Source of the DNA: an uncultured Actinomycetota bacterium
GTDB taxonomy: Bacteria > Actinomycetota > Actinomycetes > JAFAQI01
Reading direction: 5' to 3'
Length of the DNA: 64,000 nt
Assembly: GCA_963770565.1 (NCBI GenBank)
Contig: CAVYQE010000007.1
Coordinates: forward strand, 1-64,000
This document shows positions 1-8,746 of this stretch, piece by piece. How positions within the stretch are numbered: the stretch's first letter is position 1; every line of letters begins with the position of its first letter. Both the position numbers and the translations under genes were made by a program. Below the pieces are notes generated by a model. It had not been told where the DNA came from, ran no database searches, and saw nothing but the letters and a program-made list of their open reading frames with translations.

Positions 1-338
1 GGGGCGGTGCCTCCGCGGCGGCGCTCGAGCCGGCCGAAGAAGGCGGGCTCGTCGAGATCGACGTCCGCAAGCGCGCCGCGCAGGAGCTGCAGCGCGTTCC
101 GGGTGATCGCGTCGGCGTCCGCGGGGTCCACGCCGAGCTCCATCGCCACGCCGATCGGGCCTTCGTCGAGACCGATGGCAACGACGGCGGCCGCTCGCTC
201 GGCTGGCGGCAGGGTGGCCAGCGCCTCGTAGAGGCGGGCGATCAGCTCGGTGTCGCTCAAGCCCTCGACAGCGCTGACGTTGTCAGCGATCGTCCCGGGC
301 GAGATCGGCCGGAGCCGGGGCGGGCGGTCGGCAGGCAC
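1..338 (-). CDS. Small sigma-70 region 4-like (HTH) protein, 3' end runs off the window
   Basis: Own translation of the minus strand from GTG at 338: ...LSDTELIARLYEALATLPPAERAAAVVAIGLDEGPIGVAMELGVDPADADAITRNALQLLRGAL..., which resembles region 4 (L..LP..ER...A..LG...R.L..LR). Not in the ORF track because no stop lies inside the window. Confidence 0.55.
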   Translation of the reverse strand, partial: MPADRPPRLRPISPGTIADNVSAVEGLSDTELIARLYEALATLPPAERAAAVVAIGLDEGPIGVAMELGVDPADADAITRNALQLLRGALADVDLDEPAFFGRLERRRGGTA

Positions 339-355
339 CCGACCACGGTACGTCG

Positions 356-1276
356 TCAGGCCCCCGGAGCGAAGGTCTCCAGCACCTCGTGCGCCACCGC
401 CATCGAGCGCGCCGGGTCGGCGTCCGGCGCGCCGATCCGCTCGTCGAAGTTCAGGTCGAGGAAGACCTCGGTCGTCCCGGCCGCGGCGTACGCGTCCAAG
501 TCGGCGCGGATCTTCTGCACCGTGCCGGTCATGGTCGGATCGTCGGGGTGGTCGGCGTCGCGGAGCTTGAGCGAGCCGCGGATCACGATCCGGATCTGCT
601 CCGGGTCGCGGCCAGCGGCCTCGGCCGCGCTCCGGATCGTGGTCACCGTCGCCGGCACCTGCGAGCCCTGGAACCGGCTCGCGGAGATCCAGCCGTCCGC
701 CAACCGCCCGGCCCGCTGGAGGGCGACTTCGGCGCTGCCGCCGAGCAGGATCGGCGGGTGCGGTTTCTGCACCGGCTTCGGGTCGACGAAGCCGCGCGGC
801 ACGGTGTAGAACTCGCCGGCGAACTCCACCGGGCCGTCGGACCAGATCGCCCGCAGGCAGGCGAGGAACTCCTCGGCTCGCGCGCCGCGCCTGGCGATGT
901 CGACGCCGGCCGCGATGAACTCCTCGGGTTCCCAGCCCAGCCCGAGCCCGGCGTCGAGCCGGCCGTTCGAAACCACGTCGATGCTGGTCAGCGCCTTCGC
1001 GAGGACGATCGGTGCGTAGAACGGCAGGTTCACCACCGCAAGGCCCAGCCGCACCCGGCTGGTCACCCCGGCGAGGAAGGCGGCAACCACGAGCGGGTCG
1101 TGCACGCTGCGGTACGGCGACGTGAGCCGCTGCCCCTCGGGCGCATCCGGATACAGCAGCCGCGAGAAGGTCCACAGCGAGTGGTAGCCGAGCGCTTCCG
1201 CCCGCTGGGCGATCTCGATCTGGTTCGCCGGGGTAGCCCACGATCCCGAGACGGGTGCGCCAAAGCCGATCTTCAT
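356..1276 (-). CDS. LLM class F420-dependent oxidoreductase (TIGR03619-like)
   Basis: MKIGFGAP start; AEALGYHSLW, DP...LAGVTSRVRLG, LDAGLGLGW..EF, PKPVQKPHPPILLGG, ADGW motifs. Confidence 0.9.
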   Translation of the reverse strand: MKIGFGAPVSGSWATPANQIEIAQRAEALGYHSLWTFSRLLYPDAPEGQRLTSPYRSVHDPLVVAAFLAGVTSRVRLGLAVVNLPFYAPIVLAKALTSIDVVSNGRLDAGLGLGWEPEEFIAAGVDIARRGARAEEFLACLRAIWSDGPVEFAGEFYTVPRGFVDPKPVQKPHPPILLGGSAEVALQRAGRLADGWISASRFQGSQVPATVTTIRSAAEAAGRDPEQIRIVIRGSLKLRDADHPDDPTMTGTVQKIRADLDAYAAAGTTEVFLDLNFDERIGAPDADPARSMAVAHEVLETFAPGA

Positions 1277-1335
1277 CGCTCCATCAAACCCGCCCGCGCC
1301 GAGCCCGTGCAATCGGACCCGGCAGACTCTCGGGT

Positions 1336-1821
1336 GTGGCGGCGTACCGGATCTGTTTCGTGTGCATGGGCAACATCTGCCGGTCGCCGATCGCCGCGAC
1401 GGTCATGCGGGCGTTGCTGGGCGACGCCGGCCTGGCCGATCGGGTGTCGGTCAGCAGCGCCGGCACGGGTGGCTGGCACGCCGGGTCACCGGCCGACGAG
1501 CGGACGCTGGAGGTGCTCGCCGCCCACGGGTACGACGGCACCGACCATCTCGCCCGGCAGTACGACCCGAGCTGGTTCGACGACCTCGATCTCATCGTCG
1601 CGATGGATCACGACAACCTGCGCTCGCTGCGCCGGATGGCGCCGCCCGAGGCGCTCGACCGGATCGTCCTGCTGAGGTCATTCGACCCGGCCGCGGCGCC
1701 GGACGACCTCGAGGTGCCCGACCCCTACTACGAGGGACGGGCCGGGTTCGAGCACGTCTTCGCCATGATCGAGGTTGCGTGCCGGGGCCTGCTGGAGTTC
1801 GTCCGCGACCAACTCGGATGA
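1336..1821 (+). CDS. Low molecular weight protein-tyrosine phosphatase
   Basis: FVCMGNICRS P-loop, SAGT, DLIVAMD, VPDPYY; GTG start 7 nt after CAGACT -10 box. Confidence 0.93.
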   Translation: MAAYRICFVCMGNICRSPIAATVMRALLGDAGLADRVSVSSAGTGGWHAGSPADERTLEVLAAHGYDGTDHLARQYDPSWFDDLDLIVAMDHDNLRSLRRMAPPEALDRIVLLRSFDPAAAPDDLEVPDPYYEGRAGFEHVFAMIEVACRGLLEFVRDQLG

Positions 1822-2660
1822 GAGTTGCCGGCCTCGAGCTGGTCGATCCGCGGCCGGTCGGCGGCGGCGACATCTGCCGGGCGTTCGCGGCCCGCACGCG
1901 CGACCGCGCCCAGGTCTTCGCGAAGACGCTGGCCGACCCGCCGCTGGGGTTCTTCGAGGCCGAGGCGGCTGGGCTCGACCGGCTTCGGGTCGCGGGTGGC
2001 CCGCCGGTGCCGGCGACCATCGCGGTTGCCGGCGACGGGCTGGTCCTCGAGTGGATCGAGCCGGGCCAACCCGGTGTCGATGCGGCGCGTGGATTCGGCC
2101 GGGCACTCGGCGTGCTCCACGGGTCCGGCGGTTCGTCGTACGGCGCGGATGGTCCCGGGTTCGTCGCGACCGTTCCGCTCGACAACACCCCGACGTCGGA
2201 CTGGCCGACCTTTCATGCCGAACGGCGGCTACGGCCGGCCCTACGGATGGCGGTCGACCGTCGCGCGGTCTCCGAGCCGGACGCTCGTGCCATTGAGGCC
2301 GTGGTCGAGCGGCTGGCGGACCTCGCGGCGCCGGTCGGTCCACCGGCCCGGGTGCACGGCGACCTGTGGGCCGGCAACCTGCACTGGGGAGCCGACGGCG
2401 CGGTCTGGCTGATCGATGCCGCTGCTGCTCACGACGGCAACTCCGAGACCGACCTCGCGATGCTCGCGCTGTTCGGCGCGCCGTTCCTCGCCGACGTCCT
2501 GGCCGGGTACGACGCGGTCACGCCGCGGGCCGCCGGTTGGCGGTCGCGAGTCGCACTTCACCAGATCCATCCGCTGCTGATCCACGCCGTACTTTTCGGC
2601 GGCGGCTACGGATCGCGGGCCGGCGACGCGGCCCGTGCCGCGTTGGCCGGCGGATCGTGA
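1818..2660 (+). CDS. Fructosamine/ribulosamine kinase family protein
   Basis: GGGDIC, FAK, FEAEAAGL, LVLEWI, HGDLWAGN, ETDLAML, LFGGGY; ATGA overlap with the phosphatase. Confidence 0.9.
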   Translation: MRVAGLELVDPRPVGGGDICRAFAARTRDRAQVFAKTLADPPLGFFEAEAAGLDRLRVAGGPPVPATIAVAGDGLVLEWIEPGQPGVDAARGFGRALGVLHGSGGSSYGADGPGFVATVPLDNTPTSDWPTFHAERRLRPALRMAVDRRAVSEPDARAIEAVVERLADLAAPVGPPARVHGDLWAGNLHWGADGAVWLIDAAAAHDGNSETDLAMLALFGAPFLADVLAGYDAVTPRAAGWRSRVALHQIHPLLIHAVLFGGGYGSRAGDAARAALAGGS

Positions 2661-3526
2661 GCGCCCCATTCGTCGTCCCTGCCGCGCTTCGCGCGGCCTC
2701 TCCCGACGAGGACCGCGCGGACTGGCTGGCGAGCCTGCCCGACGTCGTCGAGGCGGCCCGGCAGCGCTGGCGGCTCGCGGTCCTCGCGCCGTTCGAGCCG
2801 GGTGGGACTGCGGCTTGGGTGGCGCCGGCCCGGCGGGAGTCCGGCGAGCCGGTCGTGCTCAAGGTTGGTTGGCCGCATCCGGAGGGCACGGACGAGGCGG
2901 CCGGGCTGGAGTGGTGGGACGGCGACGGTGCGGTCCGGCTGATCGAGACCGCGACGATCAACGGCGCCCCGGCGCTGCTGCTCGAGCGGTGTGCACCCGG
3001 TGTCTCGCTGGCAGCACTCGCCACTGAAGAGGAGCAGGACGTCGTCGTTGCCGGGTTGCTGCAACGGTTGTGGCGCGAGCCGCCACCGGCTGGACCCTTC
3101 CGGCCGCTTCACCAGATGTGTGTGGACTGGGCCGATGCGGCCGAGCGGCGACTTGCTGAGGCGACCGGGGCAGACAGCGGTTTGATCGAGGCCGGCCTGG
3201 ACGTGTTCCGCGGTCTGCCGGCTGCTGCGTCGGACGAAGTCGTGCTGTTCACCGATCTGCATGCCGGCAACGTGCTGTCGGCCCGACGCGAGCGATGGTT
3301 GGCGATCGACCCCAAGCCGTACGTCGGCGACCGCTGCTACGACGTCCTGCAGCACCTGCTCAACTGCGACCGGCTGCGCATTGATCCGGAGTCGTTGCTT
3401 CAAAGGATCGCCGGGCTTACCGGGCTCGATCCGATCCGGCTGCGCCAGTGGCTGTTCGCGCGCTGCGCGGTCGAGGCGGTCGATGATCCCGAACTTGCCG
3501 GGATCGCTGCGCGCCTCGCGCCCTGA
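2657..3526 (+). CDS. Aminoglycoside/hydroxyurea phosphotransferase family (APH(6)-like) kinase
   Basis: VVLKV, EAAGLEWWDGDGAVRL, LLLER, DLHAGNVL, WLAIDPKPYVGD; GTGA overlap with the upstream kinase. Confidence 0.85.
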   Translation: MSAPFVVPAALRAASPDEDRADWLASLPDVVEAARQRWRLAVLAPFEPGGTAAWVAPARRESGEPVVLKVGWPHPEGTDEAAGLEWWDGDGAVRLIETATINGAPALLLERCAPGVSLAALATEEEQDVVVAGLLQRLWREPPPAGPFRPLHQMCVDWADAAERRLAEATGADSGLIEAGLDVFRGLPAAASDEVVLFTDLHAGNVLSARRERWLAIDPKPYVGDRCYDVLQHLLNCDRLRIDPESLLQRIAGLTGLDPIRLRQWLFARCAVEAVDDPELAGIAARLAP

Positions 3527-3555
3527 GCGGGTCGGCATCCGGCCGAGACTCCGGG

Positions 3556-3582
3556 CTGTGGACGACGCCCGGTCATCCACAG
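3556..3582. promoter_or_regulatory. Inverted pair of DnaA-box-like motifs upstream of the DUF4192 gene
   Basis: CTGTGGACGA (3556-3565) and TCATCCACAG (3573-3582), each one mismatch from TT(A/G)TCCACA. Confidence 0.35.
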
Positions 3583-3631
3583 ATTGCCTTCGGCGTCACC
3601 GCGGAGGACCGGTTGAAGGCACCGTACGGCG

Positions 3632-4669
3632 ATGCCCGGATCCCGCTCTGACGTCGTTCGGCTCACCACACCCGCGGAGCTGATCTGCGCGATCGAGGCG
3701 ATGCTCGGCTTCGATCCGCTGGACAGCCTGGTGGTGCTCTGCCTGCACGGCGAGCGACGCCGGGTCGGCCTCGCGATGCGGTTCGACCTGGTGCCGCCGG
3801 TGGTGGCGAAGGAGTTCGCTCGGGACATCCGTCGGCGGATCCGGCTGGAGCAGGCGGACGGTGTCTTCCTCGCGGTGTTCAGCCCGGATCGGCCCATCGA
3901 TGCGCGGCTGCCGCACGGGGTGCTCGTCGACGCGGTGCTGGCCCGGCTGGACGTCCCGCTGGTCGACGCGGTGCTCTCCTCGGAAGACCGCTGGTGGTCC
4001 TACCTGTGCGCGAAGTCGTGTTGCGGCGGCCTGGCCGGGATGCCGCTCGATCGTGGGGCGCCGGGAGCGGTGGCGGTGGCGGCGGCCTACGCGATCGCCG
4101 GACACGGAGCGCTCCCGGACCGGGCGGCGGTCGTGCGATCGGTCGCCCTCGACCTGGACCCGGCGGACGCCGGCCGGATGCGCGTCCTGATCGACGCGCA
4201 ACAGCGCCGGCTCGCAAGCCGGACCCGGAGCGAGCGTCGCGCCGCAGTGGTCCCGCTCGTCGAGCGGCTCGCCGCCTCGGTCGCGGATCCGCGCGGATCC
4301 ATCTCGCCCGATGACCTCGCCGAGCTCGTCGCCTTGTGCGACGACGTCGTGGTGCGGGACGAGCTGCTCGTCCAGGCCGGCGACCCGACCGTGCGTGAGC
4401 GGTTGCTCCCGATGCTGCGGGTCGCGGCGGGTCGGGTGCCGCCGCCGTTCGACTCGCCGCTGTGCTCGATCCTCGCGTGGTTCGCGTACGCCGGCGGAGA
4501 CGGGGTGATTGCGAACGTCGCGATCGATCGGGCGCTGGCGACCGATCCGTCGTACTCGCTGGCATTGTTGATCGCCGATGCACTGTTCAACCAGGTGCCG
4601 CCGTCGGTGCTGAAGGAGGTCACGAGAGGGGCTGCTCGAGACCTGCGCCGACGCAGTGCGGCAGGCTGA
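3632..4669 (+). CDS. DUF4192 domain-containing protein
   Basis: LTTPAELI..LGF.P.DSLVV, R.DL, RWWSYLC...CC, D...RD, W..GDG..A..A..RAL..DP.YSLA.L pattern. Confidence 0.85.
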   Translation: MPGSRSDVVRLTTPAELICAIEAMLGFDPLDSLVVLCLHGERRRVGLAMRFDLVPPVVAKEFARDIRRRIRLEQADGVFLAVFSPDRPIDARLPHGVLVDAVLARLDVPLVDAVLSSEDRWWSYLCAKSCCGGLAGMPLDRGAPGAVAVAAAYAIAGHGALPDRAAVVRSVALDLDPADAGRMRVLIDAQQRRLASRTRSERRAAVVPLVERLAASVADPRGSISPDDLAELVALCDDVVVRDELLVQAGDPTVRERLLPMLRVAAGRVPPPFDSPLCSILAWFAYAGGDGVIANVAIDRALATDPSYSLALLIADALFNQVPPSVLKEVTRGAARDLRRRSAAG

Positions 4670-4711
4670 GGGGCGGACTTCCCCGACTGCCGACCCTCGG
4701 AGGGCAACGCG

Positions 4712-5905
4712 ATGCCTGAAGCCGTTGTCATCGGTGCGGGCCCAGGTGGCCTCGCCGCCGCGGCCATGTTGCAGCGCGGCGGGGTCGAGACAGTGGTCGT
4801 CGACCGCGCCGACTCGGTCGGGTCCGCCTGGCGTGGACACTACGAGCGACTGCACCTGCACACCGTCCGGTGGCTGTCGGGGCTTCCCGGGCTACGGATC
4901 CCGCGGCGGTACGGCAAGTGGGTCGGGCGCGACGACGTCGTTCGCTACCTCGAGGCATACACCTCCCACCACAACCTCGACGTGCAGCTCAACACCGCGA
5001 TCACCCAGATCGACCGGGACGGCAATTCGTGGGTGCTTCGCAGCCCGCAAGGGGATCTGACCGCGACGTACGTCGTGGTCGCCACCGGCTACAACCACAC
5101 GCCGGAGATCCCGGACTGGCCCGGCGCGGCCGGCTACACCGGCGAGCTGCTTCATGCCCGCGACTACCGCAACGCGACGCCGTACGTCGGCAAGGACGTG
5201 CTGGTCGTCGGAGTCGGCAACACCGGCGCCGAGATCGCGCTCGACCTGATCGAGACCGGTGCACGCAGTGTCAAGGTCGCGGTGCGTACGCCGCCGCACA
5301 TCGTCTTCAGGCAGCAGAACGGCATCGCAAACCCGGTGCTCGGCGTCTTGTTCCGGCACCTGCCGGTGCCAGTGTTCGACGCGATCGCCCGCCAGCTCCG
5401 CAAGCTCACCATCGGTGACCTTACCGAGTTCGGGCTTGCGACGCCGACCGAAGGCCTGTACCTGCGCGTGCAGCGCGACGGCGCGATTCCGTTGGTGGAC
5501 ATGGGTTTCCTCGAGGCGCTGAAGGCCGGGAAGGTGAGCATCGTCCCGGCGGTCGTCGCGTTCGAGGCCGAGCGCGTGCTGCTGGCCGACGGTGAAACCC
5601 TCGTCGTTGACGCAGTGATTGCTGCCACCGGCTACCGGCGGGCGCTCGATCCACTCATCGGGCACCTCGGGGTGCTCACCGACAACGGCAAGCCGGCGGC
5701 GCGTGGAGGTCACACTGCGCCGGGCGCGCCGAACCTGTGGTTCACCGGCTTCACCAACCCGGTCAGCGGAGCGTTCCGCGAGGCCGGTCTCGACGCCAAG
5801 CGAATCGCCCGTGCCGTGCTGCGCCAGCGGCGTTCAGGGGTGGTCGACGCGCTGAGGGTCAGCGCGCCGCGAGTAGTGCCTGGAAGGGAGCCGGTTCGTC
5901 GATGA
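4712..5905 (+). CDS. Flavin-containing monooxygenase (FMO/YUCCA-like NAD(P)/FAD oxidoreductase)
   Basis: VIGAGPGG, W..HY.RLHLHT, VATGY, G...H...Y (YTGELLHARDY), VVGVGNTG, ATGYR. Confidence 0.88.
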   Translation: MPEAVVIGAGPGGLAAAAMLQRGGVETVVVDRADSVGSAWRGHYERLHLHTVRWLSGLPGLRIPRRYGKWVGRDDVVRYLEAYTSHHNLDVQLNTAITQIDRDGNSWVLRSPQGDLTATYVVVATGYNHTPEIPDWPGAAGYTGELLHARDYRNATPYVGKDVLVVGVGNTGAEIALDLIETGARSVKVAVRTPPHIVFRQQNGIANPVLGVLFRHLPVPVFDAIARQLRKLTIGDLTEFGLATPTEGLYLRVQRDGAIPLVDMGFLEALKAGKVSIVPAVVAFEAERVLLADGETLVVDAVIAATGYRRALDPLIGHLGVLTDNGKPAARGGHTAPGAPNLWFTGFTNPVSGAFREAGLDAKRIARAVLRQRRSGVVDALRVSAPRVVPGREPVRR

Positions 5906-7413
5906 GCGACATCAGCCGACGAGGGTTGTTGCGCGGAGCTGCTGGAGTCTCGCTTGCGGGCGGTGCGATGGCGGCGGCCGGCCGGCCCGCGGCTGCCGCG
6001 ACTGCGACGTCCGCCCGCACGGCGAACCGCGACGTGGACGTCGTCGTGGTTGGCGCCGGCCTCGCCGGTCTGACCGCGGCCCGTGAGTTGCAGCGCGCCG
6101 GGCATTCGGTGCTCGTGCTCGAGGCCCGCAACCGGGTCGGCGGCCGCACCCTCAACCACCCGCTTCCGCACGGCTATCACGGCGACCTCGGCGGCACCTG
6201 GATCGGCCCGACCCAGAACGAGATCGCCAAGCTCGCCAGCGAGATGAACGTCCACGCCTTCGCCCAACCCGACCACGGCGATCAGGTCTACTTCGACGGC
6301 AGGGTGACCCGATACAGCGACAAGACCATCACCGGCACCGCGCCGCCGGACCCGGTGATCGAGTCCGACTTGATCAACGTCGTCCTGTCGCTCGACAGCA
6401 TGGCCGCGACGATCCCGGTCGGTGAGCCGTGGAAGGCCAAGAATGCGCACGATTGGGATCAGCAGAGCTTGCAGACCTGGCTGCAGGCGAACGCCTCGGC
6501 CAAGGCGTACCCGAAGTTGTCGAAGCTGATCTCGGCGTTGTTCGAGTCACTCGTCGGCGCCGAGGCGCGGGACTGCTCCTTGCTTTACACGCTCGCCTAC
6601 ATCGCAACCGCGACCAACGGTCATGGAAAGGGCACGGTCGAGCGGCTGATCGACACTCGCGGCGGCGCGCAGGCGAAGCGATTCGTCGAAGGCTCGCAGG
6701 TCATCTCGATCCGGCTCGCCGAGCACATCGGGCATCAGCACATCGTGATGAGCTCGCCGGTGCGCTCGATCGCGCATGGCAAGCATGGCGTCACCGTCAC
6801 GTCGGATCGCGTGACGGTCCGGGCGAAGTACGTCGTCGTTGCGGTGCCGCCGACGCTTGCCTTGCGGATCGACTTCGACCCGAGTCTGCCGGCGCTTCGG
6901 GACGGGCTCCTGCAGCGGCTGCCGCAAGGAACCCTGATCAAGGTCGAGGCCTTCTTCCACGAGCCCTGGTGGCGCAACCACGGGCTGACCGGTGCCGCGG
7001 TGAGCACGGTCGGCCCGGCGAAGACCACCTTCGACGTGTCGCCGAAGGACGGGAAGATCGGTGGACTGCTCGGCTTCGTCGGCGGCGACGAGGCCAGGAA
7101 ATACACCGGCCGCCCGGAGGCGCTCGCCCACGCCGTCCTCGGGAACTTCGCGGCGTACTTCAACAAGGGCAAGAAGGTCCCCACGCCGACATCCGTAGTG
7201 GTCCAGGACTGGAGCCGCGAGGAGTGGACCCGCGGTTGCCCGGTCGCCATTGCCGGTCCGGGCACGGTGCGGGAGTACGCCCGGCACGTCGGAGTGCCGA
7301 TCGGCCGGATCCATTGGGCCGGCACCGAGACCGCGACGTACTGGCACGGCTACATGGACGGCGCCGTTCGCTCGGGGCAGCGGGCAGCGGCCGAGCTGAA
7401 GGCCTTGCTCTGA
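5902..7413 (+). CDS. Tat-exported flavin monoamine oxidase family protein
   Basis: SRRGLL twin-arginine signal; VVGAGLAGL..A, LEARNRVGGRT, DLGGTWIGPTQ, IHWAGTETA..W.GYMDGAVRSG.RAA. Confidence 0.9.
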   Translation: MSDISRRGLLRGAAGVSLAGGAMAAAGRPAAAATATSARTANRDVDVVVVGAGLAGLTAARELQRAGHSVLVLEARNRVGGRTLNHPLPHGYHGDLGGTWIGPTQNEIAKLASEMNVHAFAQPDHGDQVYFDGRVTRYSDKTITGTAPPDPVIESDLINVVLSLDSMAATIPVGEPWKAKNAHDWDQQSLQTWLQANASAKAYPKLSKLISALFESLVGAEARDCSLLYTLAYIATATNGHGKGTVERLIDTRGGAQAKRFVEGSQVISIRLAEHIGHQHIVMSSPVRSIAHGKHGVTVTSDRVTVRAKYVVVAVPPTLALRIDFDPSLPALRDGLLQRLPQGTLIKVEAFFHEPWWRNHGLTGAAVSTVGPAKTTFDVSPKDGKIGGLLGFVGGDEARKYTGRPEALAHAVLGNFAAYFNKGKKVPTPTSVVVQDWSREEWTRGCPVAIAGPGTVREYARHVGVPIGRIHWAGTETATYWHGYMDGAVRSGQRAAAELKALL

Positions 7414-7769
7414 GCCGCTGACCAGCTTCGCTCATCGCCCACGACGACCAGGTCCAGCAGCTGCGTCGGGCCGTCGGCGAGGCGTTGCCTCAACTCCCGC
7501 CAGAGCCGGCGGTCGACCCGGGTCAGGCGCCCGTCGGCCCGAAGCACGGCGAAGACCACCGAGGCGAGGGCGAGATCGGCAACCGTCGTGACGAGATGAC
7601 GCAGGAACAGCTCGTCGACGTCGTCGGTGCCCTCGTCGAACCCGACCGTCAGGACCACTGCCCGCGAGCGGTCGAGGAAGACCGCGCGCAGGGCACCGTC
7701 TGACCGGCCACGGCCGGGCGCGAGGGCCGCGGCCCGGATCGCATCTGTCGTCTCGCGATCGCCGGTCAT
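7350..7769 (-). CDS. Hypothetical protein, possible degenerate JAB/RadC-like fold
   Basis: VFLDRSR, D..LW..L..RL, LLDLVVVG echo RadC/JAB motifs, without the HxH metal motif; CAGGCT-N6-ATG leaderless start. Confidence 0.55.
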   Translation of the reverse strand: MTGDRETTDAIRAAALAPGRGRSDGALRAVFLDRSRAVVLTVGFDEGTDDVDELFLRHLVTTVADLALASVVFAVLRADGRLTRVDRRLWRELRQRLADGPTQLLDLVVVGDERSWSAAQSKAFSSAAARCPERTAPSM

Positions 7770-7882
7770 GGGTCGAGCCTGCGTCGTCGATCCCCGACCT
7801 GGTCGGCTCGAACGGCGACTGTGGACGCACGAGCCCCGGTGCTGGGTCGTGGAAAACCCACGCCGGATGCGAGGCTTCCCGG

Positions 7883-8746
7883 GTGGGTCGCTCCGAGGTC
7901 GTGCCGGCGCCCGTGCTCGTCGTCGGTGCGATCGCGAGCGTGCAGAGCGGCGCTGCCGTCGCGATCAAGATGTTCCCGGCCGTCGGCGCCGTTGGCGCCG
8001 TCCTGCTGCGGTTGGTGGTTTCGGCGGCCCTGCTGCTGGCGCTCGCCCGGCCCCGGGTCCGCGGCCGGTCACGACCCGATCTGGTCCTGGTGGTCGGGTT
8101 CGGTCTCGTGCTCGCGACGATGAACTGCTTGTTCTACCTCGCGATCGATCGGGTGCCGCTCGGCGTCGGGGTCACGGTGGAGTTCCTCGGGCCGCTCGGC
8201 GTCGCGATCGTCGGGTCGCGTCGAGGGCTCGACTTCGTCTGGGCGCTGCTGGCCGCCGGCGGGGTGGCATTTCTCGCCGGCGGTAACGGCCGACTCGACC
8301 TCGCCGGGATCGGGTTGGCCGCGGGTGCCGGTGCGTGTTGGGCGGCCTACATCCTGGTGGCGCAGCGGGTCGGCCGCGCGTTCGACGGCATGACCGGGCT
8401 GGCGATCGCGCTGGGCGTGGGAACCGTGGTCGTCGTGCCGTTCGGCGTGATCGCCGGCGGGAGTCACCTCCTGCGGCCGTCGGTGCTCGGCAAGGGTGTC
8501 GCCGTCGGGGTGCTGTCGTCGGCGATTCCGTACTCGCTCGAGATTGCCGCACTCCGGCGGCTGCGCGCGGCCGTGTTCGGCGTCCTGATGTCGCTCGAGC
8601 CGGCGATGGGCGCCATGTCGGGCCTGGTCTTCCTGCACCAGCGACTCCGGTGGCAGGAGTGGGTCAGCGTGGTCGCCGTCATGGTCGCGTCGATCGGAGC
8701 GACATCGAACGGCAGTATCGCCGAGCCCGCGGAGGTCCTGGGGTGA
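7883..8746 (+). CDS. EamA family (RhtA-like) DMT transporter
   Basis: SVQSGAAVA, MN..FY.AI.R.PLG..VT.EFLGPL, SSAIPYSLE..ALRR, SLEPA; about 10 TM segments. Confidence 0.92.
   Translation: MGRSEVVPAPVLVVGAIASVQSGAAVAIKMFPAVGAVGAVLLRLVVSAALLLALARPRVRGRSRPDLVLVVGFGLVLATMNCLFYLAIDRVPLGVGVTVEFLGPLGVAIVGSRRGLDFVWALLAAGGVAFLAGGNGRLDLAGIGLAAGAGACWAAYILVAQRVGRAFDGMTGLAIALGVGTVVVVPFGVIAGGSHLLRPSVLGKGVAVGVLSSAIPYSLEIAALRRLRAAVFGVLMSLEPAMGAMSGLVFLHQRLRWQEWVSVVAVMVASIGATSNGSIAEPAEVLG

Noticed and set aside
2657-3526. Acquired streptomycin resistance gene
   Set aside because: Host-like composition, no mobile context, and this family is widespread in actinobacterial chromosomes.
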